Shown here: positions 50,220 through 62,226 of the stretch, piece by piece
Layout: every line of letters begins with the position of its first letter
Position numbering within the stretch: the stretch's first letter is position 1
Translations under genes and position numbers: made by a program
Origin: Trichodelitschia bisporula
Taxonomy: Eukaryota
Direction: 5' to 3'
DNA: 64,000 nt
NCBI GenBank assembly: GCA_010356995.1
Contig: ML996703.1
Coordinates: 496,001 to 560,000 of the forward strand
The notes under the pieces: model-generated
Seen by the model: only the letters and a program-made list of their open reading frames with translations
Database searches by the model: none
What the model was told of the DNA's origin: nothing

Positions 50220-50900
50220 ATGCTTCCTCAATCCACCCTCCTGGCCATCCTCGCCACCCTCACTCTCACCTCCGCCCTCCCTCTCAACATCAACCTCGGT
50301 GCCTACTCACCCGCCCTGGTGGTCGGTGACGGTGAGATCTCATTCGGCAATAGCCCCGAGCGGGCCTCGCAAGTCCTCCAAACCCTCGCCTCAGGCGCAC
50401 AAAACGGCGCCGTCCCGCCCGGCACCGCCGCTCCCGCTCCCGCCGTCGCCGCCCCCGCCCCCGCCGCAAGGGAAGCCACCGTCCCGGCGCCGGTCCTCGC
50501 GTCGCCCATCGTCGTCGACGCCCAACCCGCAGCCCCGGCGGCCAAGGAAGCCTCAGCGCAGCCAGATCAGTTCATCAGCCACGCCATCACGACGGGCATC
50601 TCCAAGTACCCGAACATGGCGAAGAAGGAGAAGCGCAGCGTGAACCCGGTCGGCGCGAAGCTGCGCCGCGATCTCGATGGCTTCCGCGAGGCGCTGGCGT
50701 TTGCGCGCGATGCACAGAAGAATGCGCCTAAGGTCGAGCTGGGCTTTGGCATCACGCAGAATGCGGGGGTGTCCGTGCCCGCCAACTCGGCGGCGAATGG
50801 CGCGCTGCCGCCTGGTGAGGTGCGGGCCGAGAAGCGGGATGTTGAGGAGCGTGACGACCAGAAGCTGGGAATGACTCTGATTGCCATTTCCGAGATCTAG
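50220..50900 (+). CDS. Secreted protein of unknown function with dibasic (Kex2-type) sites
   Basis: 226-aa single exon; signal peptide MLPQSTLLAILATLTLTSA; strong GC3 bias; TATATA at about 50029. Confidence 0.87.
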   Translation: MLPQSTLLAILATLTLTSALPLNINLGAYSPALVVGDGEISFGNSPERASQVLQTLASGAQNGAVPPGTAAPAPAVAAPAPAAREATVPAPVLASPIVVDAQPAAPAAKEASAQPDQFISHAITTGISKYPNMAKKEKRSVNPVGAKLRRDLDGFREALAFARDAQKNAPKVELGFGITQNAGVSVPANSAANGALPPGEVRAEKRDVEERDDQKLGMTLIAISEI

Positions 50901-53769
50901 AGATGTGGAGTTCAGTGGCGACGGGTAGGGTACTGTGGAGCGGCTAAGGCGAAATCTCGGGCTCGGCTGGCTCCGTGTGGGTCGGGATCGGCATGCCGGG
51001 GCGGGTCTCGGCTGAGACAGTGTGGGGCTTGGCGCTGACTAGCCGAGTTGGGCAGGTCGTGAGCCAGTGGTACATACCATGGCGAGGGCATGGATGGCGT
51101 TTTCTTGGTGCTTTGAACTGTGTATATCTAGGCAGGCCTACTTGGTTAGCAATGGAACCAGAAGTGAAGCTACATCGAAGCACGTTGATTTTTGGATGCT
51201 TTTCGCGGCGTCGCGGGCTGAACTTGCGTGGGGAAGTATACGACTTCAGCCTTCGGAGTGGAAATGGCCATACGAGGCAGACTTTGGCAAGACTTTGGCA
51301 GGATCTATGCACTGAAGTTACTTTGCATGCCGTTTCTCTCGGTGATGTTTGTTCATCACGTTGAGCTTCGGGGTCTTGGGATGGCCGTTTCATCCATGAC
51401 TCGAGAGTTGCGCATACGAACGGCTGCAACGCTGCAGGGGCGAGATCCTTTCGGACAATGGGTGACATTTGGTAAGCCGGGATCAGAGGGAGCATGAAGC
51501 CTGACGATTACGCTCCTGATGGAATATAGCCCGGGCGATGCTGGGGGCGGAGATGCTGATTTAAAGCCTCGGAGATTCAGTTCATGCTGACAATGGTAAC
51601 GAGGACGAAGGCCTCAACGGCTCACGGTTGCCATGCATTCGCTAAGACGGAGCATGGCACATGGGAAAGAGTAAAACGTTTCACTAACATCCTTGGTCAT
51701 CGAGCCAGGTGATAAGTCACGAGATATCCCGTAGTATGACAGTGGATAACTCGCGTGGAGCAAAAACCATGGTTCATGCGATGAAGTCGCCCATCGGTGA
51801 CGATGTTGATTAGCCAAGGACCCGGTGCGCGCAAGTTCCCGTGTGGCGGGTAAGGGGGCACGAGCCACATGACAAGGTATGGCTAGGGAGCGTCAATCAT
51901 CGTAAGCGTCAACACCGTCGACAATTAGTTCCCGTAGTATCCGCTCGTCAACTTCTAGTTGGGAACTTGTTGTGCTTGTTTTGACGTCGATAGTGCCAAA
52001 TGTTGAACGAACAACAACCAGTTACCGACTTTTAGCGACATCTTCCTCTCATTTCACATCTCGTGTTTGACTTCCCCGCTCCTCAAGGTCCAGACCGATG
52101 GCGACGGGCCGAATGGCACACGGAGACAGGTCTCAGTGACCGGCAATGCGCAGGTATTTATAACCGCACGGGCTGTTCACAGTCAATGTTCGCCAGCTGA
52201 ATGGATGATACTACATCCCGTATAGTACCTCCTCGTCTGTTGGCGCTGCCAGCTTCAAGCCTTCAAGCGATGCGAGGTTTTGCGCGCTAGCAGTCCCATC
52301 ACCCTTAGCTGCAGTAACCAGAAAGACTTCGGCTTTCGCGGACTCCAATAATGTGCTTCTCCAGATACTCCCTCCTTCGCCTTACCGGGCTAGGGTTGGC
52401 ATCCAGGCGAAGTGGCGGCCAGGAACATCAAGCCATCTAGCCATTGACGCTGCTTTTAGAGCAGCCACAAGATCGGCTAGCCAATCCCGCGCAGAGAAAG
52501 ACTTTGTTTGGCCGCTGGTACCTTGCAGGGGCCGCGCATCTGGAATGCCCATGACTGCATGAAGAGCACAAATCGTGCATATTGCGCACTATTCGTAAGC
52601 TAAGCGCAAAAGCAGTGTCAAGCTTGCGATCCCGCAATCACACCCCACGCCCCGCTGTCATCCAGGGGCACAGTACCGTACTCAACCCCTCCTTCACCGG
52701 TAACCGGTCGCCGGACAGCTTCTCGTGCGGACGGCCCCTTACCCGTCCACCCCCTTTAGGGCGAAACACGTGCTGGTAATGTCAATATCGATGTCTCCTG
52801 AAAGTAAGCGTGCAGGATGAGGGTCCCACCTTCAGGAGGGAATCGGGAGTGCTCGACGAGAGCGAAGGCATTGGCCTTCACCGATCACCGAATGATATCA
52901 TGTCGACCCAGCTCTTCGATAGCTAGCCGCGATCGTCGCTCGCGTGAAATTCAAGACAGTCGATCCGGAGGCGAGCCAGTGTGCTTCTTATTCAAAGATC
53001 GTCTGGACCTAATTAAGCTTATCCCTTCTAGTCTCGCGTGCCTGTGCGAGGCTATTTGCAAGGCAGCCCGCAAGCCACGGACACGAGAAACACACTAACC
53101 CCATGCTAATCGCCAGTGGGGATTGCGAGTGGAGGCGCCAGGGCAGACTACCGTACGGTACGTTCGTGCCGCCATCCTGCTCCGAGGATAGTGCACGCCC
53201 CCATGAGCCCCCTCAGCTTCGCCATGCCAGGGATCAGACGACGCCTCAACGACAATGCGGCATCTGGAAACTGCAGGCACGGCTCATGCTCGCTAACATG
53301 GCGGTCCAGGACGACGCAGGTATGCCGGCCGGCCGTTCCGAAGGAGCATGCTGCCTGTCGAAGGCAGGCATATGGGCGTCAATATGCGCCACACCGCATC
53401 CTCCCTGCCATCATTCTGGACTGCGGCCTTTCCACTTCCAGCCTCGCGAGCTTGCGTTGCCGACTTGGACCCGCTACGGTTGAGAGAGTCCCAAGGCAGG
53501 GGCTTGAACTAGCTTCCGGCAGGCTGTTGGCGGTGGAGATGGCGCTCACGGTTGAACACGAAGGGGAATCATGGCGTTAATATGACTAGGAGGCCGCGCC
53601 CAGCGGCTTTTCTCTCCCATCTTGCTGAATTCTCACGAGCTGTTGTGTAGGTGATCATCTTTGCGGACTATTGTTCGCGTCCTTTCATTGTGTGTGAGAG
53701 CAGTCACGATCATTACGGCCTCGGCCATCCAGTCTTTCCCAAGTCGTTCATTTAGCATTATCGTTAATC

Positions 53770-56700
53770 ATGTATATCTCTGCTGCTGCTCTGCTCGCGG
53801 CAGCGTCGGTTGTTGTGCCGGCTGTGGCGGTGAAGACGTTCGACAGCACCTCAAGGAACAATGTTGTGGTGTATTGGGTAAGTCTGGTGATACTGGAGTG
53901 TATCCCCACTGACGAGACATAGGGTCAAGGTGCCGGTCAAGGCCAGCTGAGCGCCGTTTGTGACAACGACGACATTGACATCGTGGTCGTTGGCTTCGTT
54001 AACGTTTACCCGAGTGCGGCCACCGGCGGCTATCCGGGCACTAACTTCGGCAACCAGTGCAGCGGTACCACCTACCAGACGACAGTCAATGGTCAAACGG
54101 TCAGCACGGGGCTGCTAAACAGCTGCCCGGGTATCGGGCCGGGCATCAAAGCCTGCCAGGCCAAGGGCGTGAAGGTGCTTCTGTCGATCGGCGGCGCGGC
54201 GCCGGCGGACGGCTTCCTCGAGAGTAATGCCGCTGGGGTTGATTTCGCCAACTTCCTGTGGGGCGCCTTCGGCCCGTCAACCACTGCCTGGACCAACGCG
54301 GGTAAGCCGCGTCCTTTCGGCGACGCCGCTTTCGATGGCTTCGATCTCGACATCGAGACGGTCCGCGCTTCGGCGCCGAAGGATTCGAATGGCAATACCG
54401 TGACTGACTGGAAGACGCGCGGGTACACCGCGCTCGTCAACCAACTGCGGGCGAACCTCGACTCCGTGTCCGACACGCCGCGTTACCTGTCTGCCGCGCC
54501 GCAGTGCGTGGTGCCCGATGCGTATCTCCAAGATAGTATCACGAAGGGCCTGTATGACTTCATCTTCGTGCAGTTGTACAACACGGCACAGTGCTCGGCG
54601 AAGAGCGGCCTCTTCGACCTGAACAACTGGGTATTCACAAACCCGAACGTTCGCGTGTTCATAGGCCTGGTAAGTGGATTCACTCATTTAGGAGAAGGGG
54701 CATACTGACTTCTCTAGCTTGCTGACCCCACCGACGAGTACTACCTCACCCCAACCGAAGTGCGTACGCGGGCACTGCAGCAGAACAACGTCCCTAACTT
54801 CGGTGGCATTATGGTGTGGGACTCTGCGAGCAGCCAGGGCAACACCAAATGCGGCAAGGAGTACGCCAGCTGGATGAAGACGGTACTGAAGAGCCTGCCT
54901 TCTGGCACGTTTACCGAGACCTGTCCCGTGTCCAGCAGCATCAGGCCCTCGAGCTCTGTCTTTTCGAGCAGCATCAAGCCGTCCAGCTCCGTTTTCTCGT
55001 CCAGCATCAAGCCGTCCAGCTCCATCTTCTCGAGCAGCATCAAGCCGTCCAGCTCCGTTTTCTCGAGCAGCATCAAGCCGTCCAGCTCCGTTTTCTCGAG
55101 CAGCATCAAGCCGTCCAGCNNNNNNNNNNNNNNNNNNNNNNNNNNNNNNNNNNNNNNNNNNNNNNNNNNNNNNNNNNNNNNNNNNNNNNNNNNNNNNNNN
55201 NNNNNNNNNNNNNNNNNNNNNNNNNNNNNNNNNNNNNNNTCATCCAGCGTCAAGCCGTCCAGCTCCGTCTTCTCGAGCAGCATCATACCGTCCAGCTCCG
55301 TTTTCTCGAGCAGCATCAAGCCGTCCAGCTCCGTCTTCTCATCCTCGGCTCAGGCCTCGAGCTCCGTTTTCTCATCCTCCATTAAGCCCTCGAGCTCCGT
55401 TTTCTCGTCCAGCATCAAGCCGTCGAGCTCCGTCTTCTCATCCTCCATCAAGCCGTCAAGCTCCGTCTTCTCGTCCTCGGCCCAGGCGTCCAGCTCCGCC
55501 CTCCCGTCCAGCTTCTTCTCGAGCTCAAAGGCCTCGAGCGCCGCGTCGTCCAGCCTCCTCTCCTCGGCCAAGTCCTCATCCAGCGTGTTCAGCTCCTCTG
55601 CCGCCGCGAGCGCGAGCGCGTCTGCCAGCTCCGCCAGGTCGTCAAGCGTATTGAGCTCCTCTGCCGCCGCGAGCGCAAGTGCGTCCGCCAGCTCCGCCAA
55701 GTCCTCAAGCGTGTTGAGCTCCTCTGCCGCCGCGAGCGCAAGTGCGTCCGCCAGCTCCGCCCAGTCCAGCTCTGCGGCAGGTGCGTCCAGCGCAGCCCCC
55801 AGCTCGGCTAAGAGCAGCTCCGCATTCCCATCGTTCTCCATCCCCAGCGGCTTCAGCGCGAGCGCCAGCTCCGCCCTGTCCAGCTCTGCGGCAGGTGCAT
55901 CCAGCGCGGCCCCCAGCTCGGCGAAGAGCAGCTCCGCGTCCCCGTCGTTCTCCATCCCCAGCGGGCCCGGCTTCAGCGCGAGTGCCAGCTTCTCTGGCCT
56001 CCCGTCGTTCTCAATCCCCAGCGGCCCTGGCTTCAGCGCGAGCGCGAGCTCCTCGGCCCTCCCGTCGTTCTCCATCCCCAGCGGACCCGGTGTCAGCGCG
56101 AGCGCCAGCGGCAGCGCGTCCGCCTCTTTCTCCTTCTCCAACGGTCCGGTCTTCAGCTCGCGCCCCGCGCTCTCGGAGAAGAGCTCCAGCAGCGTGCCGT
56201 ACTACCCGTCCTCCAGCAGCAGCGCGCCCTACTACCCTGCCTCGTCATCCTCGTCATCGAGCTACACCGATGGCTACTACAGCTACGGGTACAGCATGGC
56301 GCCACCCAAGCCCTCGTCGTCGTCCGTATACGGCGCGCCTCCTTACCCGGGCAAGTCCTCATCCTCGTCGTCGGTGGCCTGGGTGTACCCCACGGGCTCG
56401 CCGCGCCTGACCACAAGCACCATCTACAGCACGCGCACGCGCACCATCACGCTCGGTGGCTGGCCGACGCTGACGACTGAGACCGTTTCCGTCGGGACGA
56501 CGGTGTGCGAAGCGGGCTCCACGCCGACGACTGTGTACACGACTACGACGATTTACAGCACGCGCACGCGCACCGTGACTGAGAAGGGTTATGTCAGCAC
56601 GAGCACCGATGTGGTCGTCATTGGTACTACGGTTGTGCCCGTTTACTCGGTCTCCACGCCCGCAGCGCCTGTCAAGAACGTGCCGTCGGGTGCGCCTGGG

Positions 56701-57063
56701 TATGTCTACTCGCCGGAGAAGCCGGTTGTTTCGGCACCCGCTGTTTCGGCGCCCGCTGGGCCGGGCTATGCGCCTGGTCCTGGGGGCGAGGCGAAGTCGG
56801 CGGCTGTGACTACTGTCGTCGTTGTGCCCGTGCCGGCTGCGGAGTACTACGCTTCCGTGAGCGCGGCGGGTGTGGCCAAGGGCACCGGGGTTGCGGTCAA
56901 GCCGGTGTATGGCACGGCAGCGCCGAGTGGGTATCCCGTTGGTGGAGGGAAGACTGGCGGGTCGTACGTCAGCCCCGAGAAGTTCACTGGTGGGGCTGGG
57001 CAGGTTGTTGCGGGGATTGGGGCGGTTATTGTGGGGGGTGTTGTTGCGGTTTTGCTGTTGTAA
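53770..57063 (+). CDS. GH18 class III (subgroup B, ChiA/Cts1-like) chitinase with Ser-rich stalk and probable GPI anchor
   Basis: Signal peptide, VYWGQG, LLSIGGA, catalytic FDGFDLDIE, SAAPQC, FGGIMVWD; introns 53878-53922 and 54670-54717; hydrophobic C-terminus. Confidence 0.93.
54931..55490 (+). repeat. 36-nt coding minisatellite (SSSIKPSSSVFS)n containing an assembly gap
   Basis: Tandem AGCAGCATCAAGCCGTCCAGCTCCGTTTTCTCG-type units flank a 120-N gap at 55120-55239. Confidence 0.93.
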
Positions 57064-57339
57064 GGAACCTCATTGTGGGTGGGAAAATGTGATGTTGGTT
57101 TGATGAGGTTGGGTGGTGGATGGTGGGAGTGGGAGTTCTCTTTGTGATAATGGGGTTCGTCTCGTTATTTTTTCGTGTATATTGAATGAAGATGTTTGGA
57201 TATCTACTTAGAATGGGTGGTGAAGGCTGTGGGTCCGGCGTCGCATCGCGTTTTCCTTTGTCTAGTTGCTTTTCACAATGGAGCAAATGAAGTCTCGAAT
57301 AACAATCCTCTTGACATGCAGTGGAGTTGACTGATGATT

Positions 57340-57390
57340 GGAGGAGGAGGAGGAGGAGGAGGAGGTGGCGGTGGTGGTGGTGGTGGTGGT
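57340..57390 (+). repeat. (GGA)n(GGT)n trinucleotide microsatellite
   Basis: Directly visible compound repeat. Confidence 0.9.
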
Positions 57391-58280
57391 TGAATGCGGG
57401 ATGTGAGTGGAAGAGCGGTACACAAGGAGCTGGTACCTTGCTTACCCGTCACGGCCGGGCCGGTACATGTGCATGACGCGGAAATCATGTACCTGTTCGC
57501 GGGTATGGGAGGACGAAGCAAGGGGAGGCTTTGACGCGCGGATGATGGCTTTGGAGGCATGGATCGTGGAGAGAGGTGGGTGAATCCTAGGCATTCGCTT
57601 CGTCAGCCGCATATCTCGACTTCTACTCCTCCTTGTTGCACATCGTGATCATGTCATTTAAGCCTCAACATCCACTGTCCTCCACGTCTCTCCGCTCACC
57701 GGAATCGTCATGATTGCCACGGCCATGCTCCCTCCCCACCTTTACGACCTTCTCGCCGCCCCTCCATCCCGCCCCACCATCCCCGGGGCAGGCTCATGCA
57801 GCCATGAGGCAGGGATACGCAAGAGTGCCAGCACATCAAAGTGGGCTTGGAAGAGAGAGAAAGAAAACGTCAGTGCCCGGATGCCGCAAACTCTGGGTAG
57901 TTCTGCAGTTTGTAGTTGGCAGGTTGCATGCAGTTCGCGGCGCTGCAGCTTCTCCACTCTCCACTCTCCACTCTCCACTCTCCACTCTGCTCTCTCATCT
58001 CCTCCCTCCTCTTTGTGCTGCAGACACTGTCTTTGTGCTGCAGACACTGCAGAATCTGCCTTTTCAAGCCCCGGAGCACGTTTGATTGATCACTGACAGC
58101 TGCGCGTCCTCCTCTCTGCCTTATCCTTTCGTGCTCCCATCGCTCGTCTGTGTCTTTGTCCTCTACTACATCGCTGAGAAGAGTTGCGTCGGGCCGTTGT
58201 CTCTGCCGGAGCGTTGCGTCTTGGCTATTGGGCGTCGTGTCTCGAGATTTCTTCCCTTCGCTGCATCGACAACTTCATCT

Positions 58281-58357
58281 CTTCTCCTCTTCTCCTCTTC
58301 TCCTCTTCTCCTCTTCTCCTCTTCTCCTCTTCTCCTCTTCTCCTCTTCTCCTCTTCT
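58281..58357 (+). repeat. (CTTCTCCT)x9 polypyrimidine tandem repeat
   Basis: Perfect 8-mer tandem array. Confidence 0.92.
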
Positions 58358-59076
58358 TGTCTCGTGTCTCCAAGGGAAGGACGGCGGAGGAAATGGTAAA
58401 GGTGTGAGGTTGTTGTTGGTTCTGCAGCGTGTCAATTGGCCATCATCGTTGTTGTCTTGACTCAATTAGCAGAGTGGTGGAGCTTGGACGACACGGAGCT
58501 ATCTCGCTTCTCTAGCTTTCTCTCCGCTCTCTTCTCACTCTACACCAACCTCCCCCACCGCCCCCACCGCCCCCACCAAAGCAAGAGAAGCTCTCTCCAC
58601 CAAGCGACCACTAAGGAAACTCCGTGATGCACAACTGCAGACCAACAAGACGATAGCTTGCAGGTAAGACACCTCACTGTTACTTGCTGTTCAGTTGTTC
58701 GCCTCGAAAAAACGCGCTTGGTCGCCTTGGAGCTGTTGCAAGTGGTGGAGAGAGCTCGCAGCTCGCGCTTTGCTTGCTGCGCGTCCTCCTCCACACCCCA
58801 GCCTCACAATATTCCCACACCAGCCCCCCCCCCCCATCCTTTCCAACTCAACTCCGTCACGCGTCCCATCTTCACTCCCTTAACACTCTGAACTTTTCCT
58901 TTGCCTTGACCTGCTCAAGCTACACACATACCCCAGCCTCAGCAGAGCCTCCACAAATGTTGCCTCGCACACTGACAGCTCCCCGTTCTTAGGACAAACT
59001 CCCCTTGTCCTCTCTCCTCAACTTCCTTCCTCTTCCCGTCTGAAAAGGCCATTGCGACACCAAACAATACACGAGC

Positions 59077-61716
59077 TTGAGCTCTCCCCCCCCCCCCAGT
59101 CCGGTGCCACGACATACCCTCCGTAGCCCGCCACCAGACCTGCCCGAGCCGAGTTCCGCAGGGCACGGCGTGAAGCTGCACTCCGCTTTCACATTGACCG
59201 GGCCACCGTCGCTGTCGCGACCTTCCACGTTGTCTTCCCTACACCCTCCTCCGTCCTCTAACGAGCTCCACGACATTGACGGCCACGGCGAGCAGGAATA
59301 TCTCACGTCTCTGCAGCAGAGTCAGCGCGCCGCTCTCGACACTTTTGGTCCACCTGTCCTCTCGCGCCCCTCCTCGTCTTCGGGTACGACGCTGCACTCG
59401 CTGCGACGCACCCCTAATCTCGAGGAGGAACAATTGCGACGCGTCCGCTCTGCATCCGTAGCATCGGCCAACCCTCCACCACTCCCACCAAGCGCGCAGG
59501 CGCAGCAGCAGCAACCGCGCCCCAACGTCCGCTTCGCAGAGGACGTCTCGGGAGGCTCGCACTCGCCGCATCCCGCCGTCCGCATCTCGCGCCGCACCGC
59601 CTCTGCCATCCTCGTCGCTCTTGAGGCCACCCGCACTCCCAACCCATTCACTCCCGTGCTTGAGGAGGAGAACGCCGATATGGCTGACCTGGGCGGCGGT
59701 GCCAGAGCTGCCAACGGCTCTGCCCGTACCACACAAGGCCCCGTCCCTGTTTCCGCGTCACAACCACAGTCAACCCGTGCTCCTCCCCCCTTCATGCCAC
59801 CGACGGAGATCATGCGTCGCCGGGGAGAGCGCGAGCAGCGCCGTCAACAGCAGCTTGAAGAGGAGAAGCGCGCGGCTGCTCCACCCGGTGCACAGGAGAC
59901 ATCCCAGAATCCGCAGCAGACGGAACAGCCGCAGCGGCTGCCTCAAAGCGGCCATCGTCGGACACAGACTGTGACGCAGGCGACATACCCCCCCCTGCAG
60001 GCTGGAGCGCAACCACAATCGTCAGCACAACGTACGCAGTCGGACCCCCAACCAGGCCGTCCACGTGCCACATCACAATCGCAACAGACGCCGCGGCCAG
60101 TGCCCACCGCCGGCCCCAGCGGCTCCCAAGCACGTCCACAAGCCCGTGCACAACAACCTCAGCAGCAGCAACAATCGCCTCCCTCACAGCGTGCGCCGCA
60201 ACCGCAATCGCGCCCCATCGCGGGCGGAGGAAGCACCCGAGCTCCTGCACCGGGCGCCTCGGAACCGAGCCAAGAAGCCGCACGCCGACCATCGAATGTC
60301 TCCTCCTTCCCGCATGCCTTTGAGCGCTGGGAAATCATGTCGTCGCACTGGGAGGGTCTGACGTCATACTGGCTGCACAGGCTGGAGCAGAACAAGGATG
60401 AGCTGCGGAAGGAGCCAATGCTTACGCAGCTGAGTCGGCAAGTCACGGACCTGTCGGCGGCAGGTGCGAACCTCTTCCATGCCGTCGTCGAGCTGCAGCG
60501 TCTCCGCGCCTCGTCCGAACGCAAGTTCCAGCGCTGGTTCATCGAGACGCGCAAGGACGCCGAGCGTGCGGGCGAAGTCGTCAAGCAGCTGGAGAACCAG
60601 GTGCTGGCCGAGCGGCGCGCGCGACAGGACGCGGATGCGCGCATCCAAGCGGCGCAGGACGGTGCGAGGGAAGCGCACACCCTCGTCAAAGAGATGCAAC
60701 GCGAGCTACGCATCAGCAAGGAGGAGTCGCGTCGAGCGTGGGAGGAGCTCGGCCGTAGAGAACAGGAGGAGCGCGACCGCACCGCCGCCCTGCGTGACGG
60801 CCAACCCATCGTCGTCGGCGGGTACCAGGTCTACCCACGCATGCAGCCCGGCCAGCCCGACGATGGTACTGAACAGCACGAGATGGCGGAGTACGGGTAC
60901 GGGCCCTCCGATGCCGGTGCCGGGCCGAGCGACGTCGGCGCCGGCGTCGGCCATGAAGGACTACCCTACGACCCGACCCGCTCCCCGGCGAACACAGACC
61001 CCTTCACCGAGCCCGCCCCCGCCGCGGGATCCTCGCTCGCCGGGCCCTTCCAGCCCGAATACCCCTTCCCAAGCGAAACGCCAGTGCAAGGCGCAGCGGA
61101 GGGCGCAGATGCGCGCTCCACCCTGCCCAGCCAACAACCGCCCACCACCACGAGTGCCGGCGACTTCTATCGCCTTGGCAACACGCACCTGGGTGCTGGT
61201 CCAGGCGCGCAAGAGGACCCGCACCCGTATGTTCCTGGCTCCGAGGATTGGGCGTCTAGCGCGGGCGAGGAGGATGACTACGCTACCGACGTCCAGGGCA
61301 ATGTGCTGCTGGACGCGGCTGGGCGGCCCGTGCCCTGGCGCCGGGGTGTCCAAGGCCCTGTCGAGGACGACGAGGGTGTGAGATACCCCGCCGTGCCGGC
61401 TATGACGTCGGCTGCAGTCCCGCCGGGGCGCCAGCAGCAGCCTGTCACGACGATGGCGGGTGTATCGCTCCCGCCGGCTGCGAGTGCGGGCGCGGTGTCG
61501 GCATCCGCGCCGCCTGCTGTTCCGCTTGCTGTTCCGCTGCCGCCTGGGAGTGTGGGCCCGGGACCGGATTATGAGGGGGATGGGTATGATGAGTGGGAGG
61601 AGCGGATGCGGCATCATCATCCGAGTCGGTTGAGTGATGTGCTAGAGATGGATGAGGATGAGCGGTCGCGGGTGAGTGAGATGGGGGAGGGGCAGGGGAG
61701 GGGAGCGCCGTTTTAG
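59077..61716 (+). CDS. Fungal coiled-coil protein of unknown function; first ATG at 59680, frame open from 59044
   Basis: Ordered core SSFPHAFERWE..HWEGLTSYW..DLSAAGANLFHAVVELQRLRASSERKFQRWF plus coiled coil, flanked by disordered P/Q-rich regions; C-terminal RHHHPSRLSDVLE. Confidence 0.85.
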   Translation: MSSPPPPSPVPRHTLRSPPPDLPEPSSAGHGVKLHSAFTLTGPPSLSRPSTLSSLHPPPSSNELHDIDGHGEQEYLTSLQQSQRAALDTFGPPVLSRPSSSSGTTLHSLRRTPNLEEEQLRRVRSASVASANPPPLPPSAQAQQQQPRPNVRFAEDVSGGSHSPHPAVRISRRTASAILVALEATRTPNPFTPVLEEENADMADLGGGARAANGSARTTQGPVPVSASQPQSTRAPPPFMPPTEIMRRRGEREQRRQQQLEEEKRAAAPPGAQETSQNPQQTEQPQRLPQSGHRRTQTVTQATYPPLQAGAQPQSSAQRTQSDPQPGRPRATSQSQQTPRPVPTAGPSGSQARPQARAQQPQQQQQSPPSQRAPQPQSRPIAGGGSTRAPAPGASEPSQEAARRPSNVSSFPHAFERWEIMSSHWEGLTSYWLHRLEQNKDELRKEPMLTQLSRQVTDLSAAGANLFHAVVELQRLRASSERKFQRWFIETRKDAERAGEVVKQLENQVLAERRARQDADARIQAAQDGAREAHTLVKEMQRELRISKEESRRAWEELGRREQEERDRTAALRDGQPIVVGGYQVYPRMQPGQPDDGTEQHEMAEYGYGPSDAGAGPSDVGAGVGHEGLPYDPTRSPANTDPFTEPAPAAGSSLAGPFQPEYPFPSETPVQGAAEGADARSTLPSQQPPTTTSAGDFYRLGNTHLGAGPGAQEDPHPYVPGSEDWASSAGEEDDYATDVQGNVLLDAAGRPVPWRRGVQGPVEDDEGVRYPAVPAMTSAAVPPGRQQQPVTTMAGVSLPPAASAGAVSASAPPAVPLAVPLPPGSVGPGPDYEGDGYDEWEERMRHHHPSRLSDVLEMDEDERSRVSEMGEGQGRGAPF

Positions 61717-62226
61717 CTCTCAGTTCCCGTAGCTGCGCTTTGATACCCCGGGTGATAGGAAGGTTGAGATGGGAAGGTTGTGTAATCTGGGGGTTTTTTT
61801 TTCTTTGTGTGGTAAAATCTCTCTTGTGGGTTGTGGAGTGGAAGTGGGTTCGGCATAGCGAGGTGTGTGGCGTGCTTGTTTTGTACGATAGACGGGATGC
61901 TCAGAATGGGGATTTGGGGCTGGGATGGAAGATGGGTACCAACCGGCCTGGTATGGGCTGTGTACTAGGTTAATGCATATTCTGTGTCGAATGTTGGGTT
62001 GCTGCTGCCTGTGACGCTGGTGCACGTGGGTGTGGGTGATGCCTGTTCGAAGTGGATCTCGATATCATTGAGCATGGACGCGCTACCGTATAACGCCGAA
62101 AATGAACACCTGCACATCGCAGAAAACAAGCAGTCTAGTCTACCGAAACAGTACAACAAGGGGAGGGGTATACGCATCATTCATCCATCCATCCTGATCA
62201 TCACACACCAGTAATCGTGAGGAGCA

